Both the position numbers and the translations under genes were made by a program. Below the pieces are notes generated by a model that saw nothing but the letters and a program-made list of their open reading frames with translations, was not told where the DNA came from and did not search any database. Positions 28,411-39,157 of a stretch of DNA of 49,172 bases are shown here, piece by piece; the stretch's first letter is position 1; each line of letters starts with the position of its first letter. Origin of the DNA: Candidatus Micrarchaeota archaeon (GTDB lineage Archaea; Micrarchaeota; Micrarchaeia; Micrarchaeales; CABMGC01); the NCBI GenBank assembly GCA_021810455.1, contig JAJZIU010000003.1, positions 1-49,172 of the forward strand. The letters are read 5' to 3'.

Positions 28411-29391
28411 ATGGCAATAATCGGCTTAGAGAGCAGTGCACATACCTTTGGAGTTGGCATAGTTGATGAAGGCAAGATACTTGCCAATGAAAAATCGATG
28501 TACAACATAGGAAAAGGCGGCATGATACCTGCAAAAGTTGCAGAACACCATATAGAAAGTGCACGTGACGTCATAGTTACTGCTTTGGAAAAAGCTGGAT
28601 TAGAAATAAGAGAAATAGAAGGTGTGGGATACACAAGAGGCCCGGGAATTGGGCCGTGTCTCCAGGTTGCGCAAATATCAGCAAAGACTATAGCAAAAAA
28701 ACTAGGAATAAGGGTAGCAATGGTTAACCACTCAGTAGGGCATATAGAGATAACAAACCATTTGATGAATCTTAAAGACCCGATAATAATGTATGTTAGT
28801 GGAGGCAATTCTCAGATACTGAAAAGGGTGAATAAACCTTTTTCACACTACTCAGTTCTTGGAGAAACTTTCGACATTGGAGTAGGCAACATGCTGGATT
28901 CTCTAGCTAGACAACTAAAGTTAGATCCTGCATGGGGTTCCAGCATAGAAAAAACGGCAAAAGGTGGAAAGTATATAGACCTGCCTTACACGGTTAAAGG
29001 CATGGATTTCTCTTTCACAGGATTACTAACAAAGGCTACTGAATTGATTGGTAAGGAAAGTGATGAAGATATTTGCATGTCAGTGCAGGAGACTGCCTTC
29101 TCAATGTTGTGTGAAGCTCTGGAGAGAGCCATGATGCTAACGAATAGTAATGAAATCAATCTTTGTGGAGGAGTTGCGCAGAACACAAGACTTCAGAATA
29201 TGCTTCAGAGCGTGGCAGATGAACATGATGCCAAATTTGGATGTGCAGATAGGGAATTCAATGCAGACAACGGTGCAATGATAGCGTACGTTGCAGAGAA
29301 GATGCTGAAACACGAAGCTTATACGAAATTGGAAAACTGTGATGTTAAGCAGAAATATAGAGTGGATTCGGCGATGGTGTATGGCAGATAA
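28411..29391 (+). CDS. kae1: KEOPS t6A transferase Kae1
   Basis: GLESSAHT, GPG, NHSVGHIE, YVSGGNSQ, GGVAQN, DNGAMIA. Confidence 0.96.
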   Translation: MAIIGLESSAHTFGVGIVDEGKILANEKSMYNIGKGGMIPAKVAEHHIESARDVIVTALEKAGLEIREIEGVGYTRGPGIGPCLQVAQISAKTIAKKLGIRVAMVNHSVGHIEITNHLMNLKDPIIMYVSGGNSQILKRVNKPFSHYSVLGETFDIGVGNMLDSLARQLKLDPAWGSSIEKTAKGGKYIDLPYTVKGMDFSFTGLLTKATELIGKESDEDICMSVQETAFSMLCEALERAMMLTNSNEINLCGGVAQNTRLQNMLQSVADEHDAKFGCADREFNADNGAMIAYVAEKMLKHEAYTKLENCDVKQKYRVDSAMVYGR

Positions 29392-29977
29392 CATGAAAAA
29401 AATAGCAGAAGGAGCTGAAGCAAAAATATACAAAGTTAATATATTTGAGACGGACATGATACTTAAAAATAGAGAAGCAAAAAATTATAGGATAAAAAAA
29501 CTTGACGAGGAACTTAGAAGAAAGAGAACAAGGATGGAAGCCAGAGTTATGTCAAGAGTCAATGACGCAGGAATTGCTGCTCCAAGAGTTATTGCTGTTG
29601 GTAAATATTCAATATATATGGAGCTGCTGAAAGGCGTGCTTATGAAGGATATGAAACTTAACAAGCAGCTTATGAGGAAGGTTGGAAAATCTTTGGCTAA
29701 ACTTCATGATAATGACGTAGTCCATGGAGATTTTACTCCGGCAAACATAATCGTAAATAGAGGCAGGGTGATCGTATTTGATTTCGGTATATCAGAGATT
29801 AGTAACGGTATTGAAGAGAAGGCACTCGATGTGTTATTAATGAAACGGTCTTTACGGGAAAATATGTATTATGAATTTATTAAAGGATATGACACTTATC
29901 AAAAATCGAGAACGATTCTCAGGAGATTGAGGAGCATAGAGGAGCGCGGCAGGTATCAGTCAAGAACACTCTCGTGA
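29381..29977 (+). CDS. bud32: KEOPS kinase/ATPase Bud32
   Basis: EGAEAKIY, RTRMEAR, HGDFTPAN, DFG, RGRY; start at ATG 29381 or 29393. Confidence 0.93.
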   Translation: MADNMKKIAEGAEAKIYKVNIFETDMILKNREAKNYRIKKLDEELRRKRTRMEARVMSRVNDAGIAAPRVIAVGKYSIYMELLKGVLMKDMKLNKQLMRKVGKSLAKLHDNDVVHGDFTPANIIVNRGRVIVFDFGISEISNGIEEKALDVLLMKRSLRENMYYEFIKGYDTYQKSRTILRRLRSIEERGRYQSRTLS

Positions 29978-31327
29978 TTAAGTGCCCATTTTCCATCCAG
30001 ACATGTAGCGTTCCTGTTCTTCGCTGACGGAATCGATTGAAATACCTATTCCTGAAAGTTTTAGCCTTGCGACTTTTTCATCTATTTCTCCTAAAACGTT
30101 GTATAGATTTGGAGGAAGTTTGTTGTTAACAAGATATAGTATAGATAGTGCCTGGTTTGAAAAACTAAGGTCCATAACTTCGCTCGGGTGACCCTCTGCA
30201 GCACCGAGATTTACAAGACGTCCTTCTGCAAGAAGATATATTTTGTGTTTGTTTTTTAGAGTGTATTCGTCTAGATACTGGCGTATTGTTTTAACAGATG
30301 AAGAAGTATTTTTTAGGCTATTAACATCTATTTCGACATCGAAATGCCCAGAATTTGCGAGTATGGCTCCATCTTTCATTTTGTTTATTACGGATATTGG
30401 TATAACGTTTTTGTTTCCGGTTGCAGTTACAAAGATATCCCCCATAGGAGCTGCCTTGGATATAGGCATCACATCGAAACCGTCCATAAGGGCTTCGAGA
30501 GCCCTGAATGGATTTATTTCTGTGACTATGACTCGTGCCCCAAGGCCATGAAAACGCATAGCTATGCCTCTTCCAACCCAACCATAGCCTACTACAACAG
30601 CGCATTTTCCAGCTATAAGCACGTTTGTTGAACGGAGTATGCCATCTATTGTGCTCTGCCCTGTTCCGTACCTATTATCGAAAAGATACTTTGTATTTGC
30701 ATCGTTTACTGAGATTATGGGATATCGCATTAAGCCCGCTTTCTGAAGTGCTTTTAGCCTGTTTACTCCGGTAGTAGTTTCCTCAGTACCACCGATCAGC
30801 TTTATGTTTTTGTACACCTCATGCAAGGCTATATGCAGATCGCCGCCGTCATCGATTATGAGATTTGGTTTTGATTCTAAAACTCGTTTTAGATTGTCAT
30901 AATATTCTTTGTCAGTTTCACCTTTCCATGCGAATACGTGTATTCCTTCTGAAGCCAAAATTGCAGCAACATCATCCTGTGTGGACATTGGATTTGATGC
31001 GGTAAGATAAAGCTCCGCACCCATAGTTTTCAATGTACGGGCAAGGACTCCAGTTTCTTTTGTCACATGAAGAGCGGCAGCTATCCTTAAACCCTCCAAA
31101 GGCTTTGATCTCTTATACTCGTCTCTTATAGCAATAAGGGCAGGCATATGAGCTTCAGCCCATGCGAGTTGGTTTGCCCCAGAGTGTGCCAATCGTATGT
31201 CTTTGACTTTGTAGGTTTGGCGCTTTGAAACACTCAGAGTTCTCCAACTCTTCTCTTTTGGGCTCTCTTTATTCTTCGTCTTCTTTTCTTTACCCATTTC
31301 CATCGCATTCTTCCTTTCTTTTTCCAT
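29978..31327 (-). CDS. ahcY: S-adenosylhomocysteine hydrolase
   Basis: [42 protein letters not shown]. Confidence 0.96.
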   Translation of the reverse strand: MEKERKNAMEMGKEKKTKNKESPKEKSWRTLSVSKRQTYKVKDIRLAHSGANQLAWAEAHMPALIAIRDEYKRSKPLEGLRIAAALHVTKETGVLARTLKTMGAELYLTASNPMSTQDDVAAILASEGIHVFAWKGETDKEYYDNLKRVLESKPNLIIDDGGDLHIALHEVYKNIKLIGGTEETTTGVNRLKALQKAGLMRYPIISVNDANTKYLFDNRYGTGQSTIDGILRSTNVLIAGKCAVVVGYGWVGRGIAMRFHGLGARVIVTEINPFRALEALMDGFDVMPISKAAPMGDIFVTATGNKNVIPISVINKMKDGAILANSGHFDVEIDVNSLKNTSSSVKTIRQYLDEYTLKNKHKIYLLAEGRLVNLGAAEGHPSEVMDLSFSNQALSILYLVNNKLPPNLYNVLGEIDEKVARLKLSGIGISIDSVSEEQERYMSGWKMGT

Positions 31328-31503
31328 TTTCTAGGTATACTTCCCAAATAAACACCGTGATACTCTGATAGTTACAACGTGTATCAATCAGTATTTATAG
31401 TATATAAATTTAGTCTTTCCTAACCAGCAGCAATGTAGAAAAGGTATTTAAGTTTGAATAGAGCAGTTAGCTTAACTTATAAGGAATTTGAGTTTTGATA
31501 GTT

Positions 31504-32268
31504 ATGGCAAGTAAAAATACTTTAGTATTTATAATAGTCCTCATTGCATTGGTACTTGTTGCCGTGTATGTCATAACATCACATAACAAAACAGGACCCA
31601 TAACCAGGACCATAACTACTACACAAACAACTACAATAGAAAATCAAACGCAGACGAACCAAACAGCGAACAGCACTACAACAGTAGGACAGAGCTTTGA
31701 TTGTTTATCAAATCTGCCAACAATGCCGATAAAGAATGGCAATTTCAGTACTGGAACGTATGATGGATGGAATGCTACTGGTGGCTTTGGAACAAATCCA
31801 TTCAATCTAACGCAAGCAAACATTGAAGGGAATTATTACAACCATACATGGGAGGGTTACAATGGCACGTACTTTGCAACCACATATATGGGAGGTATCT
31901 CGCACTACGTAGGCAATCTCACTTCGGATCCGTTCTTGGTTACAGAACCTTATCTCAATTTCAAAATAATATCACCTTATAACAATCTCCTTTACGTTGA
32001 AGTTTATCAAGACGGCGTGCCATTTATGAGAATACATTATAACACTTATGTTTCTGGAAACAAAAACGCACCTAGCACATTCATGAATGCTACAATACCA
32101 TTGGAGACATTGTTGTGTCAGAACGTAAGCATAAAGGTTACGGCAGGAGTAGCCGGAGCAACTCCCTCTGCTGTGATGGATTACATAGCTGTAGGCGATT
32201 TTTATCTTAGCAAAACAGTCGCACCAAATGCAGTGGCTCCAACTAACCAAACAATATTTGCAGTGTGA
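31504..32268 (+). CDS. Membrane-anchored extracellular glycoprotein with Thr-rich linker and putative carbohydrate-binding beta-sandwich
   Basis: N-terminal hydrophobic helix, TTTQTTT linker, more than ten N-x-S/T sequons, NGNFSTGTYDGW and LTSDPF...YLNF. Confidence 0.7.
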   Translation: MASKNTLVFIIVLIALVLVAVYVITSHNKTGPITRTITTTQTTTIENQTQTNQTANSTTTVGQSFDCLSNLPTMPIKNGNFSTGTYDGWNATGGFGTNPFNLTQANIEGNYYNHTWEGYNGTYFATTYMGGISHYVGNLTSDPFLVTEPYLNFKIISPYNNLLYVEVYQDGVPFMRIHYNTYVSGNKNAPSTFMNATIPLETLLCQNVSIKVTAGVAGATPSAVMDYIAVGDFYLSKTVAPNAVAPTNQTIFAV

Positions 32269-33707
32269 ACATGGATTCGGTCCTTACCGTTTACAATACT
32301 CTGACAAGATCTAAGGAGGAGTTTGCACCTTTGAATGGAAAAAAGGTCAAAATGTTCGTATGCGGACAAACTGTTTATGATGATGCACATCTGGGCCATG
32401 CTAAAACGTATGTGGATTTCAGCATTATAGCAAGATGGCTAAGATATCTGAAGTACGACCTTACATACATGCAGAACATAACAGATGTTGATGATAAGAT
32501 AATTGCAAGAGCAAGTGAGAAAGGAGAAGACGCAATAGAATTGGCAAGAAGGTATGAAACAAGATTCATGGAGGACATGGAAAGCATAGGAGTAAGAGAT
32601 GATATTGATTTATTCCCAAGATCACACGATTATATAAGTGCAATAAAAGAACAGATACAATTGCTTTTTGACAATGGTTACGCCTATTACGTGGATGGAG
32701 ACGTGTATTATGATGTGTCAAAATTTGAAGATTATACGAAACTCTCAGGAATGAAAATAGATGAATTAAAATTGCATAGGATAGAGGTTGTTGAAGGAAA
32801 AAGAAATCCGTATGATTTCGTTTTGTGGAAAGCTGCAAAGAAAGGCGAACCATCATGGGACATTGAAGTGCTCATTGATAGTTCTAAGGTAATGCTTTCT
32901 GGAAGGCCAGGATGGCATATTGAAGACACTGCAATAACATACGCTATTTTCGGACCACAGTATGATATCCATGGGGGAGCAAATGAGCTGATATTCCCAC
33001 ATCACACGAATGAAATAGCGCAAGCTGAAGCTGCTTTTGGAAAGAAACCTTTTGTTAAATATTGGCTGCATTCGGGAATATTGAGCATAAAAGGCCAAAA
33101 GATGAGCAAGAGTTTGAAAAATTTTGTAACTATAAGAGAATCGGTAAAGGAGTATAGTCCAGAAACCATTAGACTCATGGTTGCATCAACACATTATAGA
33201 AAAGAGATCACTTACACAGAAAGTACCTTAGAAGAAGCGGACAGAAGGTTGGCACATTTCTATTCGTCTCTAGGAGTGTTTTATAGCATGGATATGGGAA
33301 AAGAACATCATGACGAAATAAAAAGAATAGTTGGGAAACTTGATACCGAATTTACAAGTGCAATGAATGATGACTTTAATACACCACTGGCATTATCACA
33401 CTTTCATTCTTGCATAATGGATCTGAGAAAGTTTGCAGACACACACGAAACGATAAGCGATGAAGACAAAAGGTTTGCTATTGAAAATGTGTTGAAATTT
33501 GCAAAAATAATAGGAATTCTTGAAAATGATTCTTACAAAAAACCAGTACCTAAGGAGGCAATTAATATGATGAAAAGTAGAGAAGAACTTAGAAAGACAG
33601 GGAATTATAACGATGCTGACAGATTGCGTAATGAAATAGTTGAAAAGTTTGGTTTGGTGATAGAAGATACGAGTTACGGTACGGTCTGGTGGTGGAAGAT
33701 TAGGTAA
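32265..33707 (+). CDS. cysS: Cysteinyl-tRNA synthetase
   Basis: CGQTVY, HLGH, DFVLWK, GRPGWHIE, FPHH, KMSKS. Confidence 0.97.
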   Translation: MNMDSVLTVYNTLTRSKEEFAPLNGKKVKMFVCGQTVYDDAHLGHAKTYVDFSIIARWLRYLKYDLTYMQNITDVDDKIIARASEKGEDAIELARRYETRFMEDMESIGVRDDIDLFPRSHDYISAIKEQIQLLFDNGYAYYVDGDVYYDVSKFEDYTKLSGMKIDELKLHRIEVVEGKRNPYDFVLWKAAKKGEPSWDIEVLIDSSKVMLSGRPGWHIEDTAITYAIFGPQYDIHGGANELIFPHHTNEIAQAEAAFGKKPFVKYWLHSGILSIKGQKMSKSLKNFVTIRESVKEYSPETIRLMVASTHYRKEITYTESTLEEADRRLAHFYSSLGVFYSMDMGKEHHDEIKRIVGKLDTEFTSAMNDDFNTPLALSHFHSCIMDLRKFADTHETISDEDKRFAIENVLKFAKIIGILENDSYKKPVPKEAINMMKSREELRKTGNYNDADRLRNEIVEKFGLVIEDTSYGTVWWWKIR

Positions 33708-35154
33708 TCTTTATTTTTGTGAATAGATAAGAACCGCGCTTTGGAGTGCCATTGAATTCTTTAAAGATGCAATCGCTTATCTTCTCTTCTGCGGTACCTA
33801 ACTGTTCAGTTATTTTTTGTGAAGCATCGGGCATGAATGGTTTTATTAAAATGGCTATTATACGTATCGATTCGAGTAGATTGTAAAGTGCATTGGATAA
33901 TTTTTCATCAGAAAGTTTCCAAACTTGATTTTCATTTATATATTTATTAGAAGCTCGTATGAATACCCATATCTTTTCTAAAGCTGCAAAGAAGTTAAGC
34001 GATTCCATGTCATGTTTTATGCCTTCGATGTCTAGGTGTTTGTCGAGTTCAGGTATACCTGCTATTTTTTGTGTTCTTTCAGATAGTGTTAAAGTCCTGT
34101 AAACAAGATTACCGAGGTCGTCTACGAGTTCGCCGTTGATTCTTGCGATAAGTCCTTTTTCTGAAAAATCCCCATCTTCACCAAAGGGCATCTCCCTGAA
34201 AATAAAGTATCTGAAAGCATCAAGTCCATACTTGGATACAACTTCGGCGGGATTCACTGCGTTTCCCAGGCTTTTGCTCATTTTCTTTCCTTCGACAGTC
34301 CACCATCCATGTGCAAAAACTTTTTTTGGAGGTTCTATACCTACAGAAAACAGCATAGCAGGCCATATCACAGTGTGAAACCAGTTTATTTCCTTTCCAA
34401 CTATGTGAACGTTTGCTGGCCAGAAATGTTCAAAATCGTTAGAAGGCCAACCTATCGCACTGAGATAGTTTATCAACGCATCAACCCAAACGTATATAGT
34501 GTGTTTTTCATCTATAGGAAATCGTATCGCCCAGTTGACCGATGTTCGAGTTATACTAACATCATTGAGCCCTGCTCTGACCCTGTTTATTATTTCATTC
34601 TTTCTTAAAGAAGGAGAGAGAAAATCAGGATTGGTTTCATAAAAAGATAAAAGTCTGTCCTGATATTTACTTAGTTTGAAAAAATATGACTCCTCCTTGA
34701 TTTTTTTAACTTCCCTCCCGCATTGTGGGCATTTGCCTTCATTAAGCTGCAATTCTGTGTAAAATGTTTCATCAGGAGTGCAGTACCATCCTTCATAGTA
34801 GCCCTTGTACACATCACCGTTGGAATACATTCTTTTGACGAATTCGGTTACTGCGTTTTGGTGACGTTGTTCTGTTGTTCTTATAAAATCATCGTTGGTG
34901 ATTTTAAGGGTCTTCCACATTTCTACAAACTGGAGTACAACGCCGTCTACGAATTGTTCAGGTGTTTTTTTGGATGCTACAGCTGCTTTCTCTATTTTTT
35001 CTCCATGTTCATCAGTTCCAGTAAGGAAGAATACCTCATTGCCACACAATCTGTTCCATCGGGCCATTATGTCAGCAGCTATTGTTGTGTACGCATGACC
35101 TATGTGTGGCTTGTCATTCACATAGTATATTGGAGTTGTTATGTAGAATTTCAG
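33700..35154 (-). CDS. metG: Methionyl-tRNA synthetase (short bacterial MetRS1-like), probable CTG start
   Basis: The frame extends upstream of the ORF-track GTG to (CTG)KFYITTPIYYVNDKPHIGH; GTDEHG, YVWVDAL, KMSKS. Confidence 0.95.
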   Translation of the reverse strand: MKFYITTPIYYVNDKPHIGHAYTTIAADIMARWNRLCGNEVFFLTGTDEHGEKIEKAAVASKKTPEQFVDGVVLQFVEMWKTLKITNDDFIRTTEQRHQNAVTEFVKRMYSNGDVYKGYYEGWYCTPDETFYTELQLNEGKCPQCGREVKKIKEESYFFKLSKYQDRLLSFYETNPDFLSPSLRKNEIINRVRAGLNDVSITRTSVNWAIRFPIDEKHTIYVWVDALINYLSAIGWPSNDFEHFWPANVHIVGKEINWFHTVIWPAMLFSVGIEPPKKVFAHGWWTVEGKKMSKSLGNAVNPAEVVSKYGLDAFRYFIFREMPFGEDGDFSEKGLIARINGELVDDLGNLVYRTLTLSERTQKIAGIPELDKHLDIEGIKHDMESLNFFAALEKIWVFIRASNKYINENQVWKLSDEKLSNALYNLLESIRIIAILIKPFMPDASQKITEQLGTAEEKISDCIFKEFNGTPKRGSYLFTKIKIT

Positions 35155-35236
35155 ACAATCACCGGAACTGCCACTAACTGTTTTTACAGGCTATTCTTTA
35201 TAATCTTTTATTGCGAAACCGATAAAAGGTTAGTCT

Positions 35237-37300
35237 ATGGAAGAAACAGTAGCAAGCGCTGAACTTTCTGATAGGTTCATAGAATTCTTCAATTCTTATT
35301 ACATAGATCAGATAAATAGCATGTATCTTAGATATCCAGCAGAGAAAAGCGTAAATATTGATATTAAAGACTTGGAAAAATTTGACACGGAACTAGTTGA
35401 AGAATTGGTAAGCAATCCAGATAGCACACTTCAGAGTGCCAATGCAGGTCTTTTGAGGCTCAGCCCAAATCCCGAATTTGAAGGACAGGTGCATGCTAGA
35501 TTTTATGGAGTTGGGACAAATACCCCAATGATACAAGATGTCGGTTCAGAGTACATAGGCAAATTGCTTACAGTGGATTCGCTCGTAGTGAAGAGATCTG
35601 AGATAACTCCGAGAGTAAGTATAGGTGTTTTCAAATGCACATTCTGCGGTACTGTGCTTAAGGCAAGAGTTGACAGAGACACGAATGTAGAGATATGTCC
35701 ACAGTGCAAGAGACGGTCATTGAAGCAAGACAATGCAGAATCAAAATTTACGAACCTGCAGAGGATAGCTGTACAAGATCCTTTGGAAAAACTTAAAGGA
35801 AGCACACCGACGTGGCAACTCGAAGTGTGGCTAGAAGACGACATGGTAAATCTTGTAATACCAGGAGACAGAGTTGAGATAACAGGGATATTGAGGATAA
35901 AACCAAGAAAAACAGCAAGGGGGAAAGAAGACAAGTTACTATACACTATGTTCTTCGATGCGGTATCTATAAAACCGAAGGAAAAAGAGTTTGCCGAGTT
36001 TGACATAACATTGGATGAGGAAAAAGCCATAAAAGAACTGGCAACTGATCCGCTGATATTTGAAAAAGTCGCACAATCAATAGCCCCTTCAATTTATGGT
36101 TATGATGAAATAAAAAAGGCACTAGCTCTTCAACTGTTCGGTGGAACACCTGACAAGAAATTGGTTGATGGAGGTAGAATCAGAAGCGATATACACATGA
36201 TGCTTATAGGAGATCCTGGAAGCGCTAAAACGAGGCTTTTGCAGGCTGTAAGCACCATCGTACCTAAAGGGATATATGTGAGTGGAAAGTCAACAAGCTC
36301 TGCCGGACTTACAGCTGCTGCGGAAAGAGACGAATTTTCTGAAGGAGGATGGACGCTTAAAGCAGGAGCATTAGTACTGGGTTCTGGAGGGGAAGTGAGC
36401 ATTGACGAATTTGATAAGATTGGAGAGGAAGATAAATCATCACTTTTAGAAGCACTCGAATCGCAGAGTATAAGCGTGGCAAAGGCTGGAATTGTTGCCA
36501 GATTTAGTGCAAAAACATCAGTTCTTGCAGCAGCAAATCCCAAGTATGGAAGATTTGATCCGAACGTTTATCCTGCTGAGCAGTTCGATATATCACCCGC
36601 TTTGCTATCAAGATTTGATTTGATATTTCCAATAAAAGACATTCTTGATGAAGAGAAAGACAGAATGATTGCAAAGCACATATTAATGCAACATGAAGCC
36701 GCAGGCGCGCAGATAGCAGAGATGAGCGAGTATGAACAAGTCCAGAAACCGCAGATAGATCCCGAGTTATTTAGAAAATACGTTGCTTATGCAAGAAAGA
36801 ACATAAAACCTAGGTTAACTCCGGAAGCCAGTGAAAAAATATCAGAGTATTACATCGATTTAAGAAAAACAGGAATAAAGCAAGGTGCTGTACCGATGAC
36901 TCCTAGACAGATAGAAGGTCTCGTAAGACTTGCTGAGGCGAGTACGAAGTCTAGACTCGCAACGCAGATCGAAGTGAAGGATGCAGAACTTGCGATATCA
37001 CTATTTGAATACATGTTGAATACACTAGCGGTTGACAGATCGGGAAGAAGAGATATCGACACACTACTTACAGGAATGCCTAGGGAAAAGATAAGCAAGA
37101 TGAATGTTTTGATGGAGATAATAAAAAGACTTGATGAAGAAGAGAAGAGTGCGAAAATAGTCAGAATACTTGAAGAGGCTGAGAAGCAAGGGATTGATAG
37201 GGCCACAACTACAAAATACATAAATGAGTTAGAACGCAGTGGAGACATATTTAGTCCAAAACCCGGGATAATAAAGGTAGTCAGAAGGGATGACGAGTAA
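35237..37300 (+). CDS. mcm: Replicative MCM helicase
   Basis: C4 zinc finger, GDPGSAKT Walker A, IDEFDK Walker B, AAANP, SRFD, C-terminal winged helix. Confidence 0.97.
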   Translation: MEETVASAELSDRFIEFFNSYYIDQINSMYLRYPAEKSVNIDIKDLEKFDTELVEELVSNPDSTLQSANAGLLRLSPNPEFEGQVHARFYGVGTNTPMIQDVGSEYIGKLLTVDSLVVKRSEITPRVSIGVFKCTFCGTVLKARVDRDTNVEICPQCKRRSLKQDNAESKFTNLQRIAVQDPLEKLKGSTPTWQLEVWLEDDMVNLVIPGDRVEITGILRIKPRKTARGKEDKLLYTMFFDAVSIKPKEKEFAEFDITLDEEKAIKELATDPLIFEKVAQSIAPSIYGYDEIKKALALQLFGGTPDKKLVDGGRIRSDIHMMLIGDPGSAKTRLLQAVSTIVPKGIYVSGKSTSSAGLTAAAERDEFSEGGWTLKAGALVLGSGGEVSIDEFDKIGEEDKSSLLEALESQSISVAKAGIVARFSAKTSVLAAANPKYGRFDPNVYPAEQFDISPALLSRFDLIFPIKDILDEEKDRMIAKHILMQHEAAGAQIAEMSEYEQVQKPQIDPELFRKYVAYARKNIKPRLTPEASEKISEYYIDLRKTGIKQGAVPMTPRQIEGLVRLAEASTKSRLATQIEVKDAELAISLFEYMLNTLAVDRSGRRDIDTLLTGMPREKISKMNVLMEIIKRLDEEEKSAKIVRILEEAEKQGIDRATTTKYINELERSGDIFSPKPGIIKVVRRDDE

Positions 37301-38286
37301 TGCAGAGCATTATAAGGATTAGCAAACTTACGAAAAAGTATGGGGAATTCGTAGCGGTAAATAACATAACTTTTGATATAAAAGAGGGAGAGATTTTCGG
37401 GTTGTTGGGACCTAATGGTGCAGGCAAGACAACGACCATATCAATGCTTTCAACAATAAACGAACCTACTTCAGGCAGTGCAAAGGTAAATGGGCACGAT
37501 ATAGTAAAGGACAAGGACAGAGTAAGAGCTTCGATAGGTATAGTATTTCAGGATCAGAGCCTTGATGACCAACTTACAGGAAGAGAAAATCTTGATCTTC
37601 ATGGAAGGTTGTACGGAGTGCCACCAGATGAAAGAAAAAGAGCGATAATCAGATCCTTGAAAATAGTAGAATTAGAAGATAAACAGAATAACTTAGTGAA
37701 AACATACTCGGGAGGCATGAGAAGAAGATTAGAGATAGCAAGGGGACTTATACACAAACCAAAGGTGTTATTTCTAGATGAGCCAACCGTAGGTTTGGAT
37801 CCGCAAACAAGAAGAAGACTCTGGTCATACATAATGGATCTTAACAAAAAAGAAGACATGACAATAATATTGACGACTCATTATATTGAGGAAGCTGAGT
37901 TTCTTTGTGATAGAGTAGGGATAATAGATAATGGGAAAGTGATAAAGATAGGAACACCTGACGAATTAAAGGATTCTTTAGGAGGAGACATAATAACTGC
38001 AGTAGTATCAAATCAAAAAGCATTTGAAAAGATCGCAAATGAAAATCCAGAAGTTAAGAACGTGAAAGGGTATGATAAAGGAAAGGTAGATATAGCTACA
38101 AAAAATGGAAGCAAATTAATACCAGAGCTCATAAACATTGCACATCAGAATAGAATAGACGTAGAGAGCATTATGCTAAAAAGACCCAGCCTGGAAGACG
38201 TTTTTATATCACTTACGGGTAAGGAGATCAGAGAGGAGAGTGGTGATAACACTACAACTATGAGGATGAGATTCCGTGGCAGGTGA
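37300..38286 (+). CDS. ABC exporter ATP-binding subunit (DrrA-like)
   Basis: GPNGAGKTT, YSGGM, LDEPT, TTH. Confidence 0.95.
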   Translation: MQSIIRISKLTKKYGEFVAVNNITFDIKEGEIFGLLGPNGAGKTTTISMLSTINEPTSGSAKVNGHDIVKDKDRVRASIGIVFQDQSLDDQLTGRENLDLHGRLYGVPPDERKRAIIRSLKIVELEDKQNNLVKTYSGGMRRRLEIARGLIHKPKVLFLDEPTVGLDPQTRRRLWSYIMDLNKKEDMTIILTTHYIEEAEFLCDRVGIIDNGKVIKIGTPDELKDSLGGDIITAVVSNQKAFEKIANENPEVKNVKGYDKGKVDIATKNGSKLIPELINIAHQNRIDVESIMLKRPSLEDVFISLTGKEIREESGDNTTTMRMRFRGR

Positions 38287-39067
38287 CTTGTCAGCCATCT
38301 ACACCCTTTGGCTAAGGGAAATCATAAGATTCAAAAGAGCAAGGTCGCGAGTGATCGGAGGATTTGTAGGCCCGTTGATGTGGATAGCCATAATGGGAGT
38401 TGGTTTAGGAGCAGCATTTTCAGGAGCATTCGCACAAGCTACACATGGCGAAACGTATCTGATGTTTGTAGCTCCCGGAGTCATAGGTATGATACTTTTG
38501 TTTGGTTCAATTTTTTCAGCAATTTCCATAATATGGGATAGGCAGTTTGGATTCATGAAGGAGATACTGGTGGCTCCCATATCACGAATGAGCATTGTTT
38601 TAGGCAAGGTTATCGGAAGTGCTACTGTTTCTTTGATAAATGCACTTGTTCTTTTCGTTATACTTGTGATCTTTGGAGTGATAAATGTTTGGACTATAGG
38701 GATAATAAATTTTCTTTTGGCGATGGTGTTTATGGCACTCATCTCAACAGCGTTCGTGTCTATGGGATTGATTATCGTTTCAAGAATGGATAGTTTTGAG
38801 GGTTTTCAACTTATATCAAACTTCTTGGTAACTCCGATGTTTTTTCTTTCTGGAGCTTTCTTCCCGATAAACACTGCACCGGATTGGATGAAGGTGCTTG
38901 CGTATATTGACCCCCTATACTATGGTGTTGATGGATTGAGAGGTTTGCTAACAGGATTCAAAGGGTTAGGAACTAACATAGACCTAGTAGTATTGATAAT
39001 TGCAAATGTGATTCTTTTTATAGTTGCATCGATATTATTCAGAAGAATAAAGGCAAGCTTGAGCTGA
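38276..39067 (+). CDS. ABC-2 type permease (DrrB-like)
   Basis: DRQFGFMKEILVAP, FLSGAFFP, DPLYYGVDGLR; about six TM helices. Confidence 0.92.
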   Translation: MAGDLSAIYTLWLREIIRFKRARSRVIGGFVGPLMWIAIMGVGLGAAFSGAFAQATHGETYLMFVAPGVIGMILLFGSIFSAISIIWDRQFGFMKEILVAPISRMSIVLGKVIGSATVSLINALVLFVILVIFGVINVWTIGIINFLLAMVFMALISTAFVSMGLIIVSRMDSFEGFQLISNFLVTPMFFLSGAFFPINTAPDWMKVLAYIDPLYYGVDGLRGLLTGFKGLGTNIDLVVLIIANVILFIVASILFRRIKASLS

Positions 39068-39157
39068 AGTAGGATCAAGAATCATGAATATTAAAGAAAT
39101 GATGCTTGGATAGTATAATATTGATATTTATGGAAATTGCGCAGTAGATATGTAATC

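Noticed and set aside
28411-29977. Frameshifted Kae1-Bud32 fusion
   Set aside because: Each gene has a normal end and start, with GGTG before ATG 29381; separate adjacent genes are common
35237-37300. Intein in MCM or the RNA polymerase subunits
   Set aside because: Lengths are normal and no intein terminal or LAGLIDADG motifs were seen
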